Shown here: one piece after another, positions 11,332 through 20,948 of the stretch | How positions within the stretch are numbered: position 1 is the stretch's first letter | Layout: each line of letters opens with the position of its first letter | Source: an uncultured Gaiellaceae bacterium | GTDB taxonomy: Bacteria > Actinomycetota > Thermoleophilia > Gaiellales > Gaiellaceae | Reading direction: 5' to 3' | Assembly (NCBI GenBank): GCA_963808865.1 | Contig: CAWEGY010000003.1 | Location: 6,709-70,708, forward strand | Length of the DNA: 64,000 nucleotides | Notes under the pieces: generated by a model | Told to the model about the DNA's origin: nothing | Databases searched by the model: none | Seen by the model: the letters and a program-made list of their open reading frames with translations, nothing else | Position numbers and translations under genes: made by a program

Positions 11332-12492
11332 TGGCTCGTTTTCGAGACGCCTTGAGCACGCCCGGCCTCGGCGGGATCGCGGAGGTCAAGCGGCGCTCGC
11401 CGTCGGCGGGTGACCTGCGCCCGGACGCGGATCCCGCAGCGCTCGCGCATGCGTACGAGCGAGCAGGCGCGGCGGGCGTCTCGATCCTCGTGGACGAGCG
11501 GTTCGCAGGCTCGTGGGACGATCTGCGCGCCGCGCGGGCGGCCTCGCGTGTCCCGTTGCTCGCGAAGGGCTTCTTCTCGACGGAGGAGCACCTGCGCACC
11601 GCGCTCGACGCGGGCGCGGATGCCGTGCTGCTGATCCTGCGCGACCTCGACGACGCAACCGCTCGGGGCCTGCTGGGAGCGGCACGAGACCTCGGCCTCG
11701 ACGCTCTCGTCGAGGCGCACGATGCCGACGAGCTCGCCCGGGCGACGGCCCTCGACGCTCCGATCATCGGGATCAACGCGCGCGATCTGGCGACCTTCGA
11801 GATCGACCTCGACGCCCAGCTCGAGCTCGTCGCGGCCGCGCCGCGCGACCGCATCGTCGTGGCGGAGAGCGGCGTCGAGTCGCGTGCTCAGGGGGCGGCG
11901 GCCGAGCTGGCGGGCGCGGACGGCCATCCTCGTGGGCAGTGCGCTCATGCGCGCCCCCGACCCGGCCGCGAAGCTGGCCGAGCTCCTGCGCCGCCCGCTC
12001 GTGAAGGTGTGTGGTCTCACGCGTGACGAGGACGTCGCCGTGGCGGCCGACGCAGGTGCGGACATGGCCGGGTTCATCCTTGCCGAAGGGAGCCCGCGGC
12101 GGGCGGCGGCGGTCCTCGAGGTTCCGCCGACGATGCTCTCGGTGGAGGTGGCGGTCGGCGAATCCCGCAACGACCACGCAGATCTCGTCCAGCTCTATCC
12201 GCGCGAGGCGGGAAAGGTGCGGGGCCGGGACGCCGTGCTCCTGCGGGCGGGGCACGAGGTCGCCCGCGTCGTCGACCTCCCCTGGCAGGAGGCCGATTCC
12301 ACGCACCTCGACCGCGCGCGCGCCACCAAGGGTCGCGTCATGCTCGCCGGTGGGCTCGGCCCCGAGAACGTCGCCGAGGCGATCGCGGCCGTGAGACCGT
12401 GGGCCGTCGATGCCAGTTCGAGCCTCGAGCACGAGCCGGGGATCAAGGATCACGACCGCGTCCGCGCCTACGTCGAGGCGGCGCACGCATGA
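11331..12492 (+). CDS. trpC: indole-3-glycerol-phosphate synthase fused or contiguous with phosphoribosylanthranilate isomerase (TrpC-TrpF), apparent frameshift near 11922
   Basis: ATG overlaps the trpD stop (TGATG). The TrpC part reads [12 protein letters not shown]...IIGINARDL. After removing one G at GACGGCC the frame continues [13 protein letters not shown]... with no stop into a TrpF-like [12 protein letters not shown]... Confidence 0.8.
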
Positions 12493-12517
12493 CCACTGCT
12501 CGCCTTTGGCTCGCGGT

Positions 12518-12587
12518 CGCGGGGGAAACCAGCTTCCCCGCGTGCCCCCTTCTTCCTGAGAACGTGGGGAACCTCCCGGTTCCCCAC
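12518..12587 (+). promoter_or_regulatory. two related GC hairpins with alternative-pairing potential between trpF and trpB
   Basis: Hairpin 1 is CGCGGGGGAA..TTCCCCGCG (12518-12542). Hairpin 2 is GTGGGGAACC-tccc-GGTTCCCCAC (12564-12587). The 3' arm of hairpin 1 is also complementary to the 5' arm of hairpin 2. Confidence 0.45.
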
Positions 12588-12618
12588 CCCTCCACGCTCA
12601 TGAGCCGTGGAGCGACTC

Positions 12619-13738
12619 ATGAGCGTCGGGCTCTACGGCGCCTACGGAGGCAGGTACGTGCCCGAGACGCTGATCCCGGCGCTCGACGAGCTCGAGGCAG
12701 GCTGGGACGAGGCGCTCGCGGATCCGACATTTCGAGACGAGCTCGGGCGCCTCGCGGAGAGCTACGTCGGCCGGCCGACTCCGCTCTACGAGGCGACGCG
12801 CTTCGCACCCGAGGGGCGTCGGATCCTCCTCAAGCGCGAGGACCTCTGCCACACGGGAGCGCACAAGATCAACAACGCGGTCGGGCAGATCCTCCTGGCG
12901 CAGCGCCTCGGCAAGCGCCGGATCGTGGCGGAGACGGGCGCGGGCCAGCATGGCGTCGCGACCGCGACGGTGTGCGCCCGCTTCGGGCTCGAGTGCGTCG
13001 TCTACATGGGCTCCGAGGACATGCGCCGACAGCATCCGAACGTCGAGCGCATGCGGCTACTTGGCGCGCACGTCGAGCCGGTCGAGTTCGGGACGCGCAC
13101 GCTCAAGGAGGCGACCAGCGAGGCCATCCGCGACTGGATCACGAACGTCGAGACGACGTACTACCTCATCGGCTCGTGCGTCGGGCCTCATCCCTATCCC
13201 GCGATAGTCCGTGAGCTGCAGGCGGTGATCGGCCGCGAGGCGCGAGATCAGGTGGTCGAAGGCTGGGGTCGCCTTCCGGACGTCGTGGTCGCGTGCGTGG
13301 GGGGCGGCTCGAATGCGATCGGGCTCTTCGCAGGCTTCCTCGACGACACCGACGTGCGACTCGTCGGCGTCGAGGCGGCGGGTGCCGCCAGCCTCGGGGC
13401 GGGCCGCGCGGCCGTCCTCCACGGGGCGCGGTCGTCGGTGCTCGCGGACGCGGACGGCCAGATCGCCGACGCGCACTCGATCTCCGCGGGCCTCGACTAC
13501 CCCGGCGTCGGGCCCGAGCACGCGCAGCTGCGCGACTCGGGTCGCGCCGAGTACGTCGACCGCGACGGACGACGAGGCGCTGGCGGCGTTCCACCGGCTC
13601 GCGGAGACGGAAGGCATCCTGCCGGCACTCGAGCCCGCGCACGCGCTCGCTCGAGCGCTCGACGTGGATGCGGAGCTCGTTCTCGTCGGCCTCTCCGGCC
13701 GCGGCGACAAGGATCTCGCCGAGGTGCTCTCGAGCTGA
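12619..13738 (+). CDS. trpB: tryptophan synthase beta chain, apparent frameshift near 13561
   Basis: ATG with GGAG 6 nt upstream. Contains HTGAHKINN and GGGSNAIG. The C-terminus ([29 protein letters not shown]...) lies in ORF 13313..13738. Confidence 0.9.
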
Positions 13739-14427
13739 AGAAACTCGTCGTCTACCTCATGGCGGGCTCGAACACGCCCGAGCTCGCGCGCGCCGCCGAG
13801 GCGGGTGGGGCGGACCTGATCGAGATCGGCTTCCCGTTCTCGGATCCGCTCGCCGACGGCCCCGTCATCCGGCGCGCGGCCGAGCGCGCGCTGGCAGAGG
13901 GCATGCGCACGGATGCGTGTCTCGCGTGCCTCCGCGAGGTGAGCCAGCAGGTCGCCGTGCCGATCGTTCCCATGACGTACGCCTCCTTGCTCGAGGCGTA
14001 CGGGTGGGAGCGCTTTGCGGAGGACTCGGGCAAGGCCGGAGCGGCGTCCATGATCGTCGCCGACCTCCCGGTCGACGCACGTCCGGATCTCCGGCGCATC
14101 CAGCTCGTCGCGCCGACCTCGACCGACGCGCGCATCGCGCTGGCAGCAGAGCGGACCGACGGCTGGCTCTACCTGGTGACGCTCGCCGGGACGACCGGAG
14201 CGCGGACCGAACTGTCTCCGGCGCTGGCGCCGCTCGTCGAGCGAACACGAGCCCTCACCGACCTCCCGCTGTACGCGGGATTCGGGATCTCGACGCCGGA
14301 GCAGGCGGCGGCCGCCGCCGAGCTCGCGGACGGGGTCGTCGTCGGGTCCGCCGCGCTGCTCGCCGCGGAAAATGGCCCGCACGCACTCGGGCACTTCGTG
14401 GCTCAGCTGCGCGACGCGCTCGAGTAG
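13735..14427 (+). CDS. trpA: tryptophan synthase alpha chain (start uncertain: CTG 13735 or ATG 13759)
   Basis: Contains [21 protein letters not shown] and [12 protein letters not shown], in the frame of ORF 12607..14427. Overlaps the trpB stop. Confidence 0.85.
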   Translation: MKKLVVYLMAGSNTPELARAAEAGGADLIEIGFPFSDPLADGPVIRRAAERALAEGMRTDACLACLREVSQQVAVPIVPMTYASLLEAYGWERFAEDSGKAGAASMIVADLPVDARPDLRRIQLVAPTSTDARIALAAERTDGWLYLVTLAGTTGARTELSPALAPLVERTRALTDLPLYAGFGISTPEQAAAAAELADGVVVGSAALLAAENGPHALGHFVAQLRDALE

Positions 14428-15174
14428 TCCACGAGCCAGTCGCGCGCGACGTGCCAGGCCTGCGAGCCCGCGTCGATGTGCTCGAAGTGCCCGGTCTGCG
14501 AGAGGACGACCAGCTCGCACTCGTCGCCGGCAGCGCGCGCGGCGGAGGCGTAGCTCGTCGCGATCCGCATGGAGACGCTGTCGTCGCGGTCGCCGTGCAG
14601 CACGAGTTGAGGGATGCCGAGCGGCAGTTGCTCGCGTGGTGACGCGAGCAGGTAGCGAACGTACTCCTCGGTCGGCTCTCCGAGAAGCGCCCGGGTGGGC
14701 GTTGCGGAGGGTGGGAGTCCGGCCGCGAGCGTGAGGTCGAGAACGCCAGCCTGCGAGACGGCGGCGCCGATTCGCACCCGAGGCGCGGCACCGGGCGCTT
14801 CGGCCGGCAGACCGGGACGAGCCGCCGCCCAGAACGCGAGGTGACCACCCGCCGAGTGCCCGACTGCCGCCACCCGGGCGAGGTCGAGCGGAGCGTCCAG
14901 CGCATCGAGCAGATCGACGGCTGCGGCGACGTCGAGGAACGTCTCGGGCCAGCCTCCGCCGGCACCGACGCGGCGGTACTCGACGTTCCAGGCGGCCAGC
15001 CCGTGCGCGCTCAGGTCGAGGCACAGCGCATCCATCTGCGAGCGGTCGTAGCGCGCGCGCCAGTACCCGCCGTGGACGACGACGACGACCGGGTGCGGCC
15101 CTCGCCCGTCCGGCAGGAACAGCTCCCCGAGCTTGGCTCGAATGGGAGCCGTATCGGTGCACTGAGCGAGTCAT
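14403..15174 (-). CDS. alpha/beta hydrolase (esterase/formamidase-like), apparent frameshift near 15133
   Basis: ORF 14403..15035 has GHSAGGH. The upstream same-frame peptide [29 protein letters not shown] lacks a start, and ATG at 15174 ([14 protein letters not shown]) is one frame off. Confidence 0.75.
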
Positions 15175-15310
15175 GCGCGCCCGATAGTGACGAATCCCGC
15201 AGCGGCGGTCGTGGCTGGCGCCCGAGCGTCGCCGGTACGGCTTTCCCTCGCGGCTGATGCGGGGTCGTACCGGCCTCGTAGCGAACCTCGTGTGAGGTTA
15301 GAGGGGTCGC

Positions 15311-15448
15311 TTAGACGGCAGCGACGATGCCGAGCGCAACCGCGCCCCAGACGGCGACACAACCCAGTAGAGCGACGATCATGCCCCAGTTCACGCTCGA
15401 GTGGGTCGAGGAGGCGGTAGCTTCAACGGAAGGGAAGGAAAGCTCCAT
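15311..15448 (-). CDS. possible small membrane peptide (45 aa)
   Basis: MELSFPSVEATASSTHSSVNWGMIVALLGCVAVWGAVALGIVAAV has a hydrophobic C-terminal helix. No clear RBS. Confidence 0.2.
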   Translation of the reverse strand: MELSFPSVEATASSTHSSVNWGMIVALLGCVAVWGAVALGIVAAV

Positions 15449-15784
15449 GGACGCAGTATTCGACGCTGGTCGGATACTTCGTCCCCCCGGCGGGGTACGC
15501 AGGCTTCGGAGATCCGTGTTCGGGACAGGAGTTGCCATCGCGCTTGGAGCATGTCCTTCCTCAACCTCGCCCGCTAGGACTCGTTTGGGTCAATTGCGTT
15601 GGCGGATTGCGCGAACGACGGCGCAAGCAAAGTCAGGTCAGCTCTGTCGCGAGTTGACCCGATCGTGTCCTGTTCGGCCTGACTGCCCGCACCTACCGTG
15701 GTGGCATGGCGAGTCCGGCGCTGGGAGCCTGCCGCTCTCGGTGCACCCCTGTTGCAGGCGGGGCCTGCGCGGGCTCGCCGTGAC

Positions 15785-15826
15785 TGCGCGAGAGACTCGG
15801 GGGGTCGGAGGTGAGTCTCTCGCGCA
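15785..15826. repeat. perfect 14-bp inverted repeat TGCGCGAGAGACTC-n14-GAGTCTCTCGCGCA
   Basis: Read directly. Non-coding context at the left part of the accessory segment. Confidence 0.7.
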
Positions 15827-15860
15827 GCCATTCGCGGAGTTCGTGATCATCCAGCGCTCG

Positions 15861-16250
15861 ATGATCATGTTCGCACTCGATAGGTCGCGGAAACGCTCCG
15901 GAACGGCCGTCGTGCTCTATCCGATCGCGAGGCGGCAGAACGAGGCGCTAGCGATCGGCTACGTCGCCGCTCGAATCATCGAGTGCGTCTTCCTGGCGGC
16001 CGGGATCATCTTCGTGCTCGGAGTCGTGAGCTTGCGACAGGACGTTCCGGGGGCGGATGAGGTCGCCTTCACGCTGGCCGCGCTCAAGGACTGGACGTTC
16101 CTGTTTGGCCCTGGATTGGTCGTCCCCTTTGGGAACGGACTGATCCTCGGCTATCTCATGTACCGCTCCGGCCTCGTCCCGCGGCGCATGGCTTGGCTCG
16201 GACTGATCCGAGGGCCGCTCCTCCTGATTGGCAACTTCGATGTGCTCCGG
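15861..16250 (+). pseudogene. DUF4386-like membrane protein remnant (N-terminally truncated, C-terminus out of frame)
   Basis: LYPIARRQNEALAIGYVAARIIE...DWTFLFGPGLVVPFGNGLILGYLMYRSGLVPRRMAWLGLIRGPLLL resembles the central part of DUF4386 proteins. The flanks do not. Confidence 0.5.
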
Positions 16251-16395
16251 GTTCCGGTGACAGAAATGGCCCGCTGCGCCCACCGACCCACTGGCAACGC
16301 GGTGCCGGTGTCGCCGGGTAGGGTGGCCACGTCCCAGGTGGTTTGCGATGTGTTCGTCGCCCGGCCGCCCACGTGCCATTACGAAGGGAAGTCGA

Positions 16396-16665
16396 ATGCC
16401 GAAAGTCGTAATTACCCATGCCGTTGAAGACATCGACCGTTGGCTGCAGGGCAAGGAAGCACGGGCTGCGGCCATCGAATCGGGCACGGGTAGCAACGTG
16501 ACCGACTACGTCGCCGCCGACGGAAGCAACAACATCGCAGTCACAGCCGACGTTTCCGACGTTGCGGCGATCAAGTCCATGTTGGAGTCACCGTCCCCTG
16601 AGGTCCTCGCCACGATGCAGGAACACGGCGTCGTCTCACCGTTCACCGCGTACATCCAGAAGTAG
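16396..16665 (+). CDS. small hypothetical protein (89 aa)
   Basis: ATG with GAAGGGA upstream. Followed by a strong terminator. Confidence 0.55.
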   Translation: MPKVVITHAVEDIDRWLQGKEARAAAIESGTGSNVTDYVAADGSNNIAVTADVSDVAAIKSMLESPSPEVLATMQEHGVVSPFTAYIQK

Positions 16666-16700
16666 GCACATCAGCACCGCCGGAATCCGGTCAGTAGGTC

Positions 16701-16734
16701 GCGGAAGACCCGCTTCGGCGGGTCTTCCGCTTTC
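16701..16734 (+). terminator. rho-independent terminator GCGGAAGACCCGC-ttcg-GCGGGTCTTCCGC-TTTC
   Basis: 13-bp perfect stem, tetraloop and short T tract, 36 nt after the stop at 16665. Confidence 0.8.
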
Positions 16735-16843
16735 ATGGACTGCCCAGCGACGGCTGGGAAACCATCGCGAGATCCATGACCGTGTTCGGGCATGGTGACG
16801 ACAGCGGCCGCGGTCGCACTCGGCCGAGCGATGCACTAGTGCT

Positions 16844-17113
16844 CTACGGCACGGGCCCGAAGGCCGTGGCGTCTACCCGCCCGTCCGACGCTTCCTTCTG
16901 AACAAGTTCGTAGACGCACTCTCCGATCTGACGCCGGAAGTGTGCGACGTGGAACCGTCGTGTCGCGCGTGTGGAGGCGCCACCGTGCATATGCAAGACG
17001 AAGTCAAGTTGGGACTCATACTCGCGTGCAACGACATGGTCCGCACTCGGTTCAATGGGCGTACCGCAGCCAGGACACTCGTAGACGATGACGGACGACT
17101 CGCGCATCATCAT
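16844..17113 (-). CDS. small hypothetical protein with a CPGCG motif (89 aa)
   Basis: ORF with protein-like composition. No family recognised. Confidence 0.4.
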   Translation of the reverse strand: MMMRESSVIVYECPGCGTPIEPSADHVVAREYESQLDFVLHMHGGASTRATRRFHVAHFRRQIGECVYELVQKEASDGRVDATAFGPVP

Positions 17114-17254
17114 CAGTTCTTACCCACAGGCAGTCTGCTGCAATCAGTGGGCCGGCTTGGGTCGGCTACCTGAACGCCGTGACGGCCCGACAAGCCCGCC
17201 GTGACGCCACGACTCTCGCCACGTCCCCGACGCCGACCCCCACCCTAGTCGAGG

Positions 17255-17635
17255 CTAGCCGCGCATTGCCTCCACGTTTTTCATGACAACCTCCACCGTC
17301 CTCGCGAACTCATCTGTCGGAGAGAACTCCACCACCTGAGTCCCGTCGTAGATGCTCGGCGTGTGTCCCGGCCCGACGTAATAGGCGTCACCTGCCTCGA
17401 AGGTCTCTTCGCGACCATCGGCGGATGTGAACTTCACCTTGCCCTTGATGACGTAGCCCCAGTGTTCGCACTGACACTGGTCGTTGGGTAGGCCCTTGTA
17501 CAACGGGGCAAGGTCGGCGTCGGTGCTGTAGCTCTCGAAGCCGACGGTGTAGCCCCCATCGAAGTTCTCGAAGTGGCCCTCGTAGCCCTCCATTGTCGCG
17601 CTCTCAGATGCCGTCTCCTTCGATGCCTTAGGCAT
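17255..17635 (-). CDS. cupin domain protein
   Basis: HWGYVIKGKVKF...FEAGDAYYVGPGHTP is a typical cupin two-motif pattern. Confidence 0.7.
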   Translation of the reverse strand: MPKASKETASESATMEGYEGHFENFDGGYTVGFESYSTDADLAPLYKGLPNDQCQCEHWGYVIKGKVKFTSADGREETFEAGDAYYVGPGHTPSIYDGTQVVEFSPTDEFARTVEVVMKNVEAMRG

Positions 17636-17748
17636 GGCTTCTCCTTTCCGGTCACTTCCAGGGCCGCACGCTCGGCGATTCTTTCACGCGGTGCATCGCG
17701 CCCCGTTGCCCATTTCAAAAATCGGGCCCGCACCGTTAGCGTCTTGGC

Positions 17749-18192
17749 GTGGCCGACGAGGTGACCCTCCGCGAGATCACGGCAGAGACCGTGCGGGCGA
17801 TCTGCAACCTCGACGTAGCGCCCGAGCAGCGCGGGTATGTCGCCCCGAATGCCGTCTCGATCGCGCAGGCGCACTTCCAGCCGAGAGCCTGGTTCCGCGC
17901 CGTCTACGCCGCCGAGACGCCCGTCGGCTTCGTGATGCTCGACATCGATCCGGAGTCGGAGGAGTACTTCCTATGGCGGTTCATGATCGCGGCCGACCAG
18001 CAGGTGCGCGGCTACGGACGCCGGGCGCTCGACCTCGTAGTGGAGCACGTGCGTCGCCTCCCAGGTGCGACCACGCTTGTGTCGAGCTACGTACCCGGAG
18101 AACACGGGCCGCGCGACTTCTATCTCCGTTACGGGTTCATCGAGACCGGCGAAGTCGAGGGCGGAGAACATCAGATCGAGCTGACTCTCTGA
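17749..18192 (+). CDS. GNAT family N-acetyltransferase (diamine/spermidine acetyltransferase-like)
   Basis: FLWRFMIAADQQVRGYGRRALDLVVEHV...YLRYGFIETGE is an acetyl-CoA-binding motif A pattern. GTG start. Confidence 0.75.
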   Translation: MADEVTLREITAETVRAICNLDVAPEQRGYVAPNAVSIAQAHFQPRAWFRAVYAAETPVGFVMLDIDPESEEYFLWRFMIAADQQVRGYGRRALDLVVEHVRRLPGATTLVSSYVPGEHGPRDFYLRYGFIETGEVEGGEHQIELTL

Positions 18193-18343
18193 TGTGAGAC
18201 GGCGCGACCTCCACGCATCGACACGGACCTGGCGTTTCGCGTTAGCCGATCTTGTGGGACGATTGACTTCGCAGCGCGGAGACCGGGCGCTGCTGTCCGG
18301 AAGGAAGCGCGCCACGCCGTCAGATCGCCCCGAGCTCTCGAGC

Positions 18344-19498
18344 ATGGCAGACGACTACGCGCGGTACGCGCTCTCGCAGCGCGCCGCGTTCGAGGCGACC
18401 CACCCGACCGTGCTGGCCGCGGCGCGGTTGTTTGCGGACGAGCCGGTGCTCCGCGTGGTCGATCTCGGGGCCGCCGACGGCGTGAACTCCCACGGCCTGA
18501 TCCGCGAGCTCGCACGGGAGCGCGCCGGCCGGCCGCTGATCTACGCGCTCGTCGATCTGCCGACGAACGCGTGGGGCGTCGCCGCCGACCACCTGCGACG
18601 CGCGTTCGGTGGAGCGGCGGACGCGCTCGAGGCCGTCGTTATCCCTGCGCCGGGCGACGCCGGCCCGGGAGTCGCCGATGCCGGCACGGGTGCCCACTAC
18701 GCCTCGCCGGAGGCCCACGGCGAGGCGTGCCGCCGAGCCGTCGAGCACAGCCCGCCCCCCGCCTTGGTGATCAGCATGGCGGGCATCCCCCTCCAGCAGG
18801 CGCCTTGCCTGCCGTCGGGCAGCGTGCACGTCGCGGTCACGGGGACGGCGATGCACTGGGTCGCAGACGCGGCGGGCCTGGCCTCGACTGGGTCCGTCTT
18901 TCCGGGCTACCCGGACCACAAGGACGAAGGCGAGCGGCGGGCCTGGGGTGCGGCCGCGGCACGGCAGTGGGAGCGGCTGCTCGAGATGCGCGCGATGGAG
19001 CTCGCGCCGGGTGGCAGGTTTATCGCCGCGCTCCCGGCCTCCCCCGCTCCGGGCCGCGAAAGGACGGGGCTGTACGTGGAGGTTATCGGGGACATGAACC
19101 GGGTGCTCGCCGACTGGTGCCGTGCGGGGCGCATCGACGCCGGGACCGTCGCCGCGATCGTCGTTCCGGTGTGGATGCGCACGCTCGACGAGATTCGGGA
19201 CCCTTTCGAGGCGAGCGGCGGGCGCGTGGCCGGTCTCGAGCTCGAGAGCGCCGAGCTCTTCCGTCTCGACAATCCCTATTGGGACGACGATCCCGCCGTG
19301 TTCGCGCAGGGCTACGTGCGCAGCGTGAGCGCGTGGGGCGGGCCGATGCTCCTCCGCGCCTTCGCCCGCGAGGGCGAGGACCGCGCCGCCGGTCTCGTCG
19401 CGGCCTTCCTCAAAGAGCTTGAGGAGCGCGTATCGGATGCGCCCGACCGCTATCGCTGGGATTACATCGAGGCGCTCCTTGTTTGCCGCAAGGCCTGA
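18344..19498 (+). CDS. SAM-dependent methyltransferase, SABATH/Methyltransf_7-like
   Basis: VVDLGAADGVNSHGL..., AMHWV and a C-terminal cap region, with overall length like carboxyl methyltransferases. Trimmed to ATG MADDYARY. The family call is tentative. Confidence 0.55.
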   Translation: MADDYARYALSQRAAFEATHPTVLAAARLFADEPVLRVVDLGAADGVNSHGLIRELARERAGRPLIYALVDLPTNAWGVAADHLRRAFGGAADALEAVVIPAPGDAGPGVADAGTGAHYASPEAHGEACRRAVEHSPPPALVISMAGIPLQQAPCLPSGSVHVAVTGTAMHWVADAAGLASTGSVFPGYPDHKDEGERRAWGAAAARQWERLLEMRAMELAPGGRFIAALPASPAPGRERTGLYVEVIGDMNRVLADWCRAGRIDAGTVAAIVVPVWMRTLDEIRDPFEASGGRVAGLELESAELFRLDNPYWDDDPAVFAQGYVRSVSAWGGPMLLRAFAREGEDRAAGLVAAFLKELEERVSDAPDRYRWDYIEALLVCRKA

Positions 19499-19662
19499 CG
19501 GCAACCCCCACTCATGCGATCCCAATCCAAGGCGGGGCGGACGTCCGCCGTCAGAGCAGGGCCTCGCCCCGAACGGCCTCGGGCCAGACAATCGACCGAG
19601 GCACCGCTGCGTACCTGTTTGCAGCGATGGGTAAAACGTCGACCGAGCATACGATCGGCCGG

Positions 19663-19876
19663 ATGATGCTCGCCGGGCTCCGCGTCCCTGACCACGACGT
19701 GCTCGAGCTCGCCCGCGGTCTCCGCGATGCCGAGCTCGACGCCACGGCCGAGAAGCTCGAGCGGGCCTACGACAACGACGTGGTCGTCCTCGCGCTTACG
19801 ATCGCCGACCGAGAGGCAATCCTCCGTGCGCTTCGACGTTGCCGGGAGCGAGGCGCTGGCGGGCGGGCTGAACTAG
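19663..19876 (+). CDS. small conserved hypothetical protein, paralog 1 (MMLAGLRVPD... family), apparent 1-nt frameshift near 19832. Its 3' end is a repeat copy.
   Basis: About 80% nucleotide identity by eye to 23526..23700. After removing one T the reading is ...ILRALDVAGSEALAGGLN* ending at TAG 19874-19876. Confidence 0.55.
19847..19876 (+). repeat. copy A of the dispersed repeat (3' half only: GCGGGCGGGCTGAACTAG)
   Basis: Relative to the paralog at 23.7 kb, about 90 nt between GAGGCGCTGGC and GGGCGGGCTGAAC are missing. Confidence 0.7.
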
Positions 19877-19885
19877 CCGCTGAAA

Positions 19886-19915
19886 GCAGAAGGCCCGCCG
19901 AAGCGGGCCCTCTGC
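19886..19915. terminator. hairpin GCAGAAGGCCCGC-cgaa-GCGGGCCCTCTGC between convergent genes
   Basis: 13-bp stem with one mismatch. Lies between the small plus-strand gene and the minus-strand protease stop (19932). Confidence 0.65.
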
Positions 19916-19931
19916 TGCTGCGGCAGTGTGA

Positions 19932-20780
19932 CTACTTCTTCGGCTTTGGGAAGAACGTCGCGAGCCACTCAAGGTCGTCGGCTGTGTCAATCCGATAGAC
20001 GCCTCCAGTACCCGCGCACGTGGCGTTACGCCCGAACGACGTCACGCCACCGATGATGTTCGTGTCACCGATGAAGTTCGGTCCGCCCGAGTCTCCGAAG
20101 CACGTCCCTCCAGTGTTTGCATTGTTCGTCAGCAGAAGCGAGAAGTCACCGTAGAACTGGATCAGCTTCGGATACGAAACCATCCGAGTCCGTGACGCCT
20201 CGTTCTTCCAGGAGGCTGCGTCGGGAAAACTCTTCTGCAGCCCGTAGCCGACCGCGGTGAACGTCAGATCCATCGTGCCCGGTTTCTCCGCCGCGAGATC
20301 CTCGAGTTGACCTTCGTACGGCAAGGCACCGTACGTGTCCATCTCAACGGGCGTGTCGAGCAAGACGACTCCCAGGTCGTGGAGATAGAAAGCGTTTGGG
20401 TCGTAGTCCGGATGCGTGTAGGGAGTGCCCGTGGAGGCACCACCGGTGCATGGCCAACCCGTGTAGCCCTCACAAGACGGGCGGTCTGCCACCGGACTCA
20501 GCGGGTAGTTCCCCGCCTCGATCGGGCCTGAATCGAACCAGACCTGGGCCGAAGCTGCAGGATCCTCCGTGCAATGACCCGCTGTGAGTAGCACGGTCGA
20601 CGACAGGAGCGTTGCCGAGCAACGCCACAGGTAAACGCCTTCGCTGTCATAGAACGTGACCAGGCCGACGTACGGATGTCGGTTCCCGTCGAGTTCGCCG
20701 TCGGTGACAGCACCGGCCGGCGCGATGGCGACGACGAGCGTCGTGACGAGCACAGCAGCGAACGTGAACAGCTTGCGCAT
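19932..20780 (-). CDS. secreted trypsin-like (S1 family) serine protease
   Basis: Signal peptide MRKLFTFAAVLVTTLVVAIAPAGA, TAGHC (His) and GDSGGP (Ser) motifs, and GGAGGG RBS. Trimmed from ORF 19932..21080. Confidence 0.85.
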   Translation of the reverse strand: MRKLFTFAAVLVTTLVVAIAPAGAVTDGELDGNRHPYVGLVTFYDSEGVYLWRCSATLLSSTVLLTAGHCTEDPAASAQVWFDSGPIEAGNYPLSPVADRPSCEGYTGWPCTGGASTGTPYTHPDYDPNAFYLHDLGVVLLDTPVEMDTYGALPYEGQLEDLAAEKPGTMDLTFTAVGYGLQKSFPDAASWKNEASRTRMVSYPKLIQFYGDFSLLLTNNANTGGTCFGDSGGPNFIGDTNIIGGVTSFGRNATCAGTGGVYRIDTADDLEWLATFFPKPKK

Positions 20781-20948
20781 GTATCCCTCCAGTAACTGAC
20801 GACTGAGTCCGGCCCATCCGGACTCGACGAGGCTTGCTACCCGACCGCCTTCCTCCACAAACATGCGAAATGCGTACCCGAAAGGGGGACGAGACGAGCG
20901 CCGATTTCCACGAAGTCTTGGGTACCCAATCCTCCCAAGTATTGGCTT

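Noticed and set aside
9819-12170. 783-aa minus-strand ORF, and similar long ORFs at 13057..15174, 28111..30633, 43041..44507, 46418..47782, 53165..54958, 59067..60824 and 61827..63863
   Set aside because: They are Arg/Pro/Ala/Gly-rich with no family resemblance. They lie antisense or out of frame to clearly recognisable genes (trpD/trpC, trpB/trpA, DUF1611/GH-like, gmk, MoxR/DUF58, infB, ABC-2 permeases, pnp). These are typical shadow ORFs of high-GC DNA.
12489-12606. trp leader peptide encoded by the short ORF overlapping the trpF stop ([16 protein letters not shown]...)
   Set aside because: It contains a single Trp codon and runs on into trpB out of frame. There are no tandem Trp codons as in known trp leaders.
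15165-15205. Possible att-type direct repeat of the tRNA-Arg 3' end at the left edge of the low-GC segment (ATGCGC..CCG..AG..GAATC)
   Set aside because: The match needs two gaps and consists of short GC-rich blocks, so it is not distinguishable from chance by eye. I keep it only as something to test with a proper alignment.
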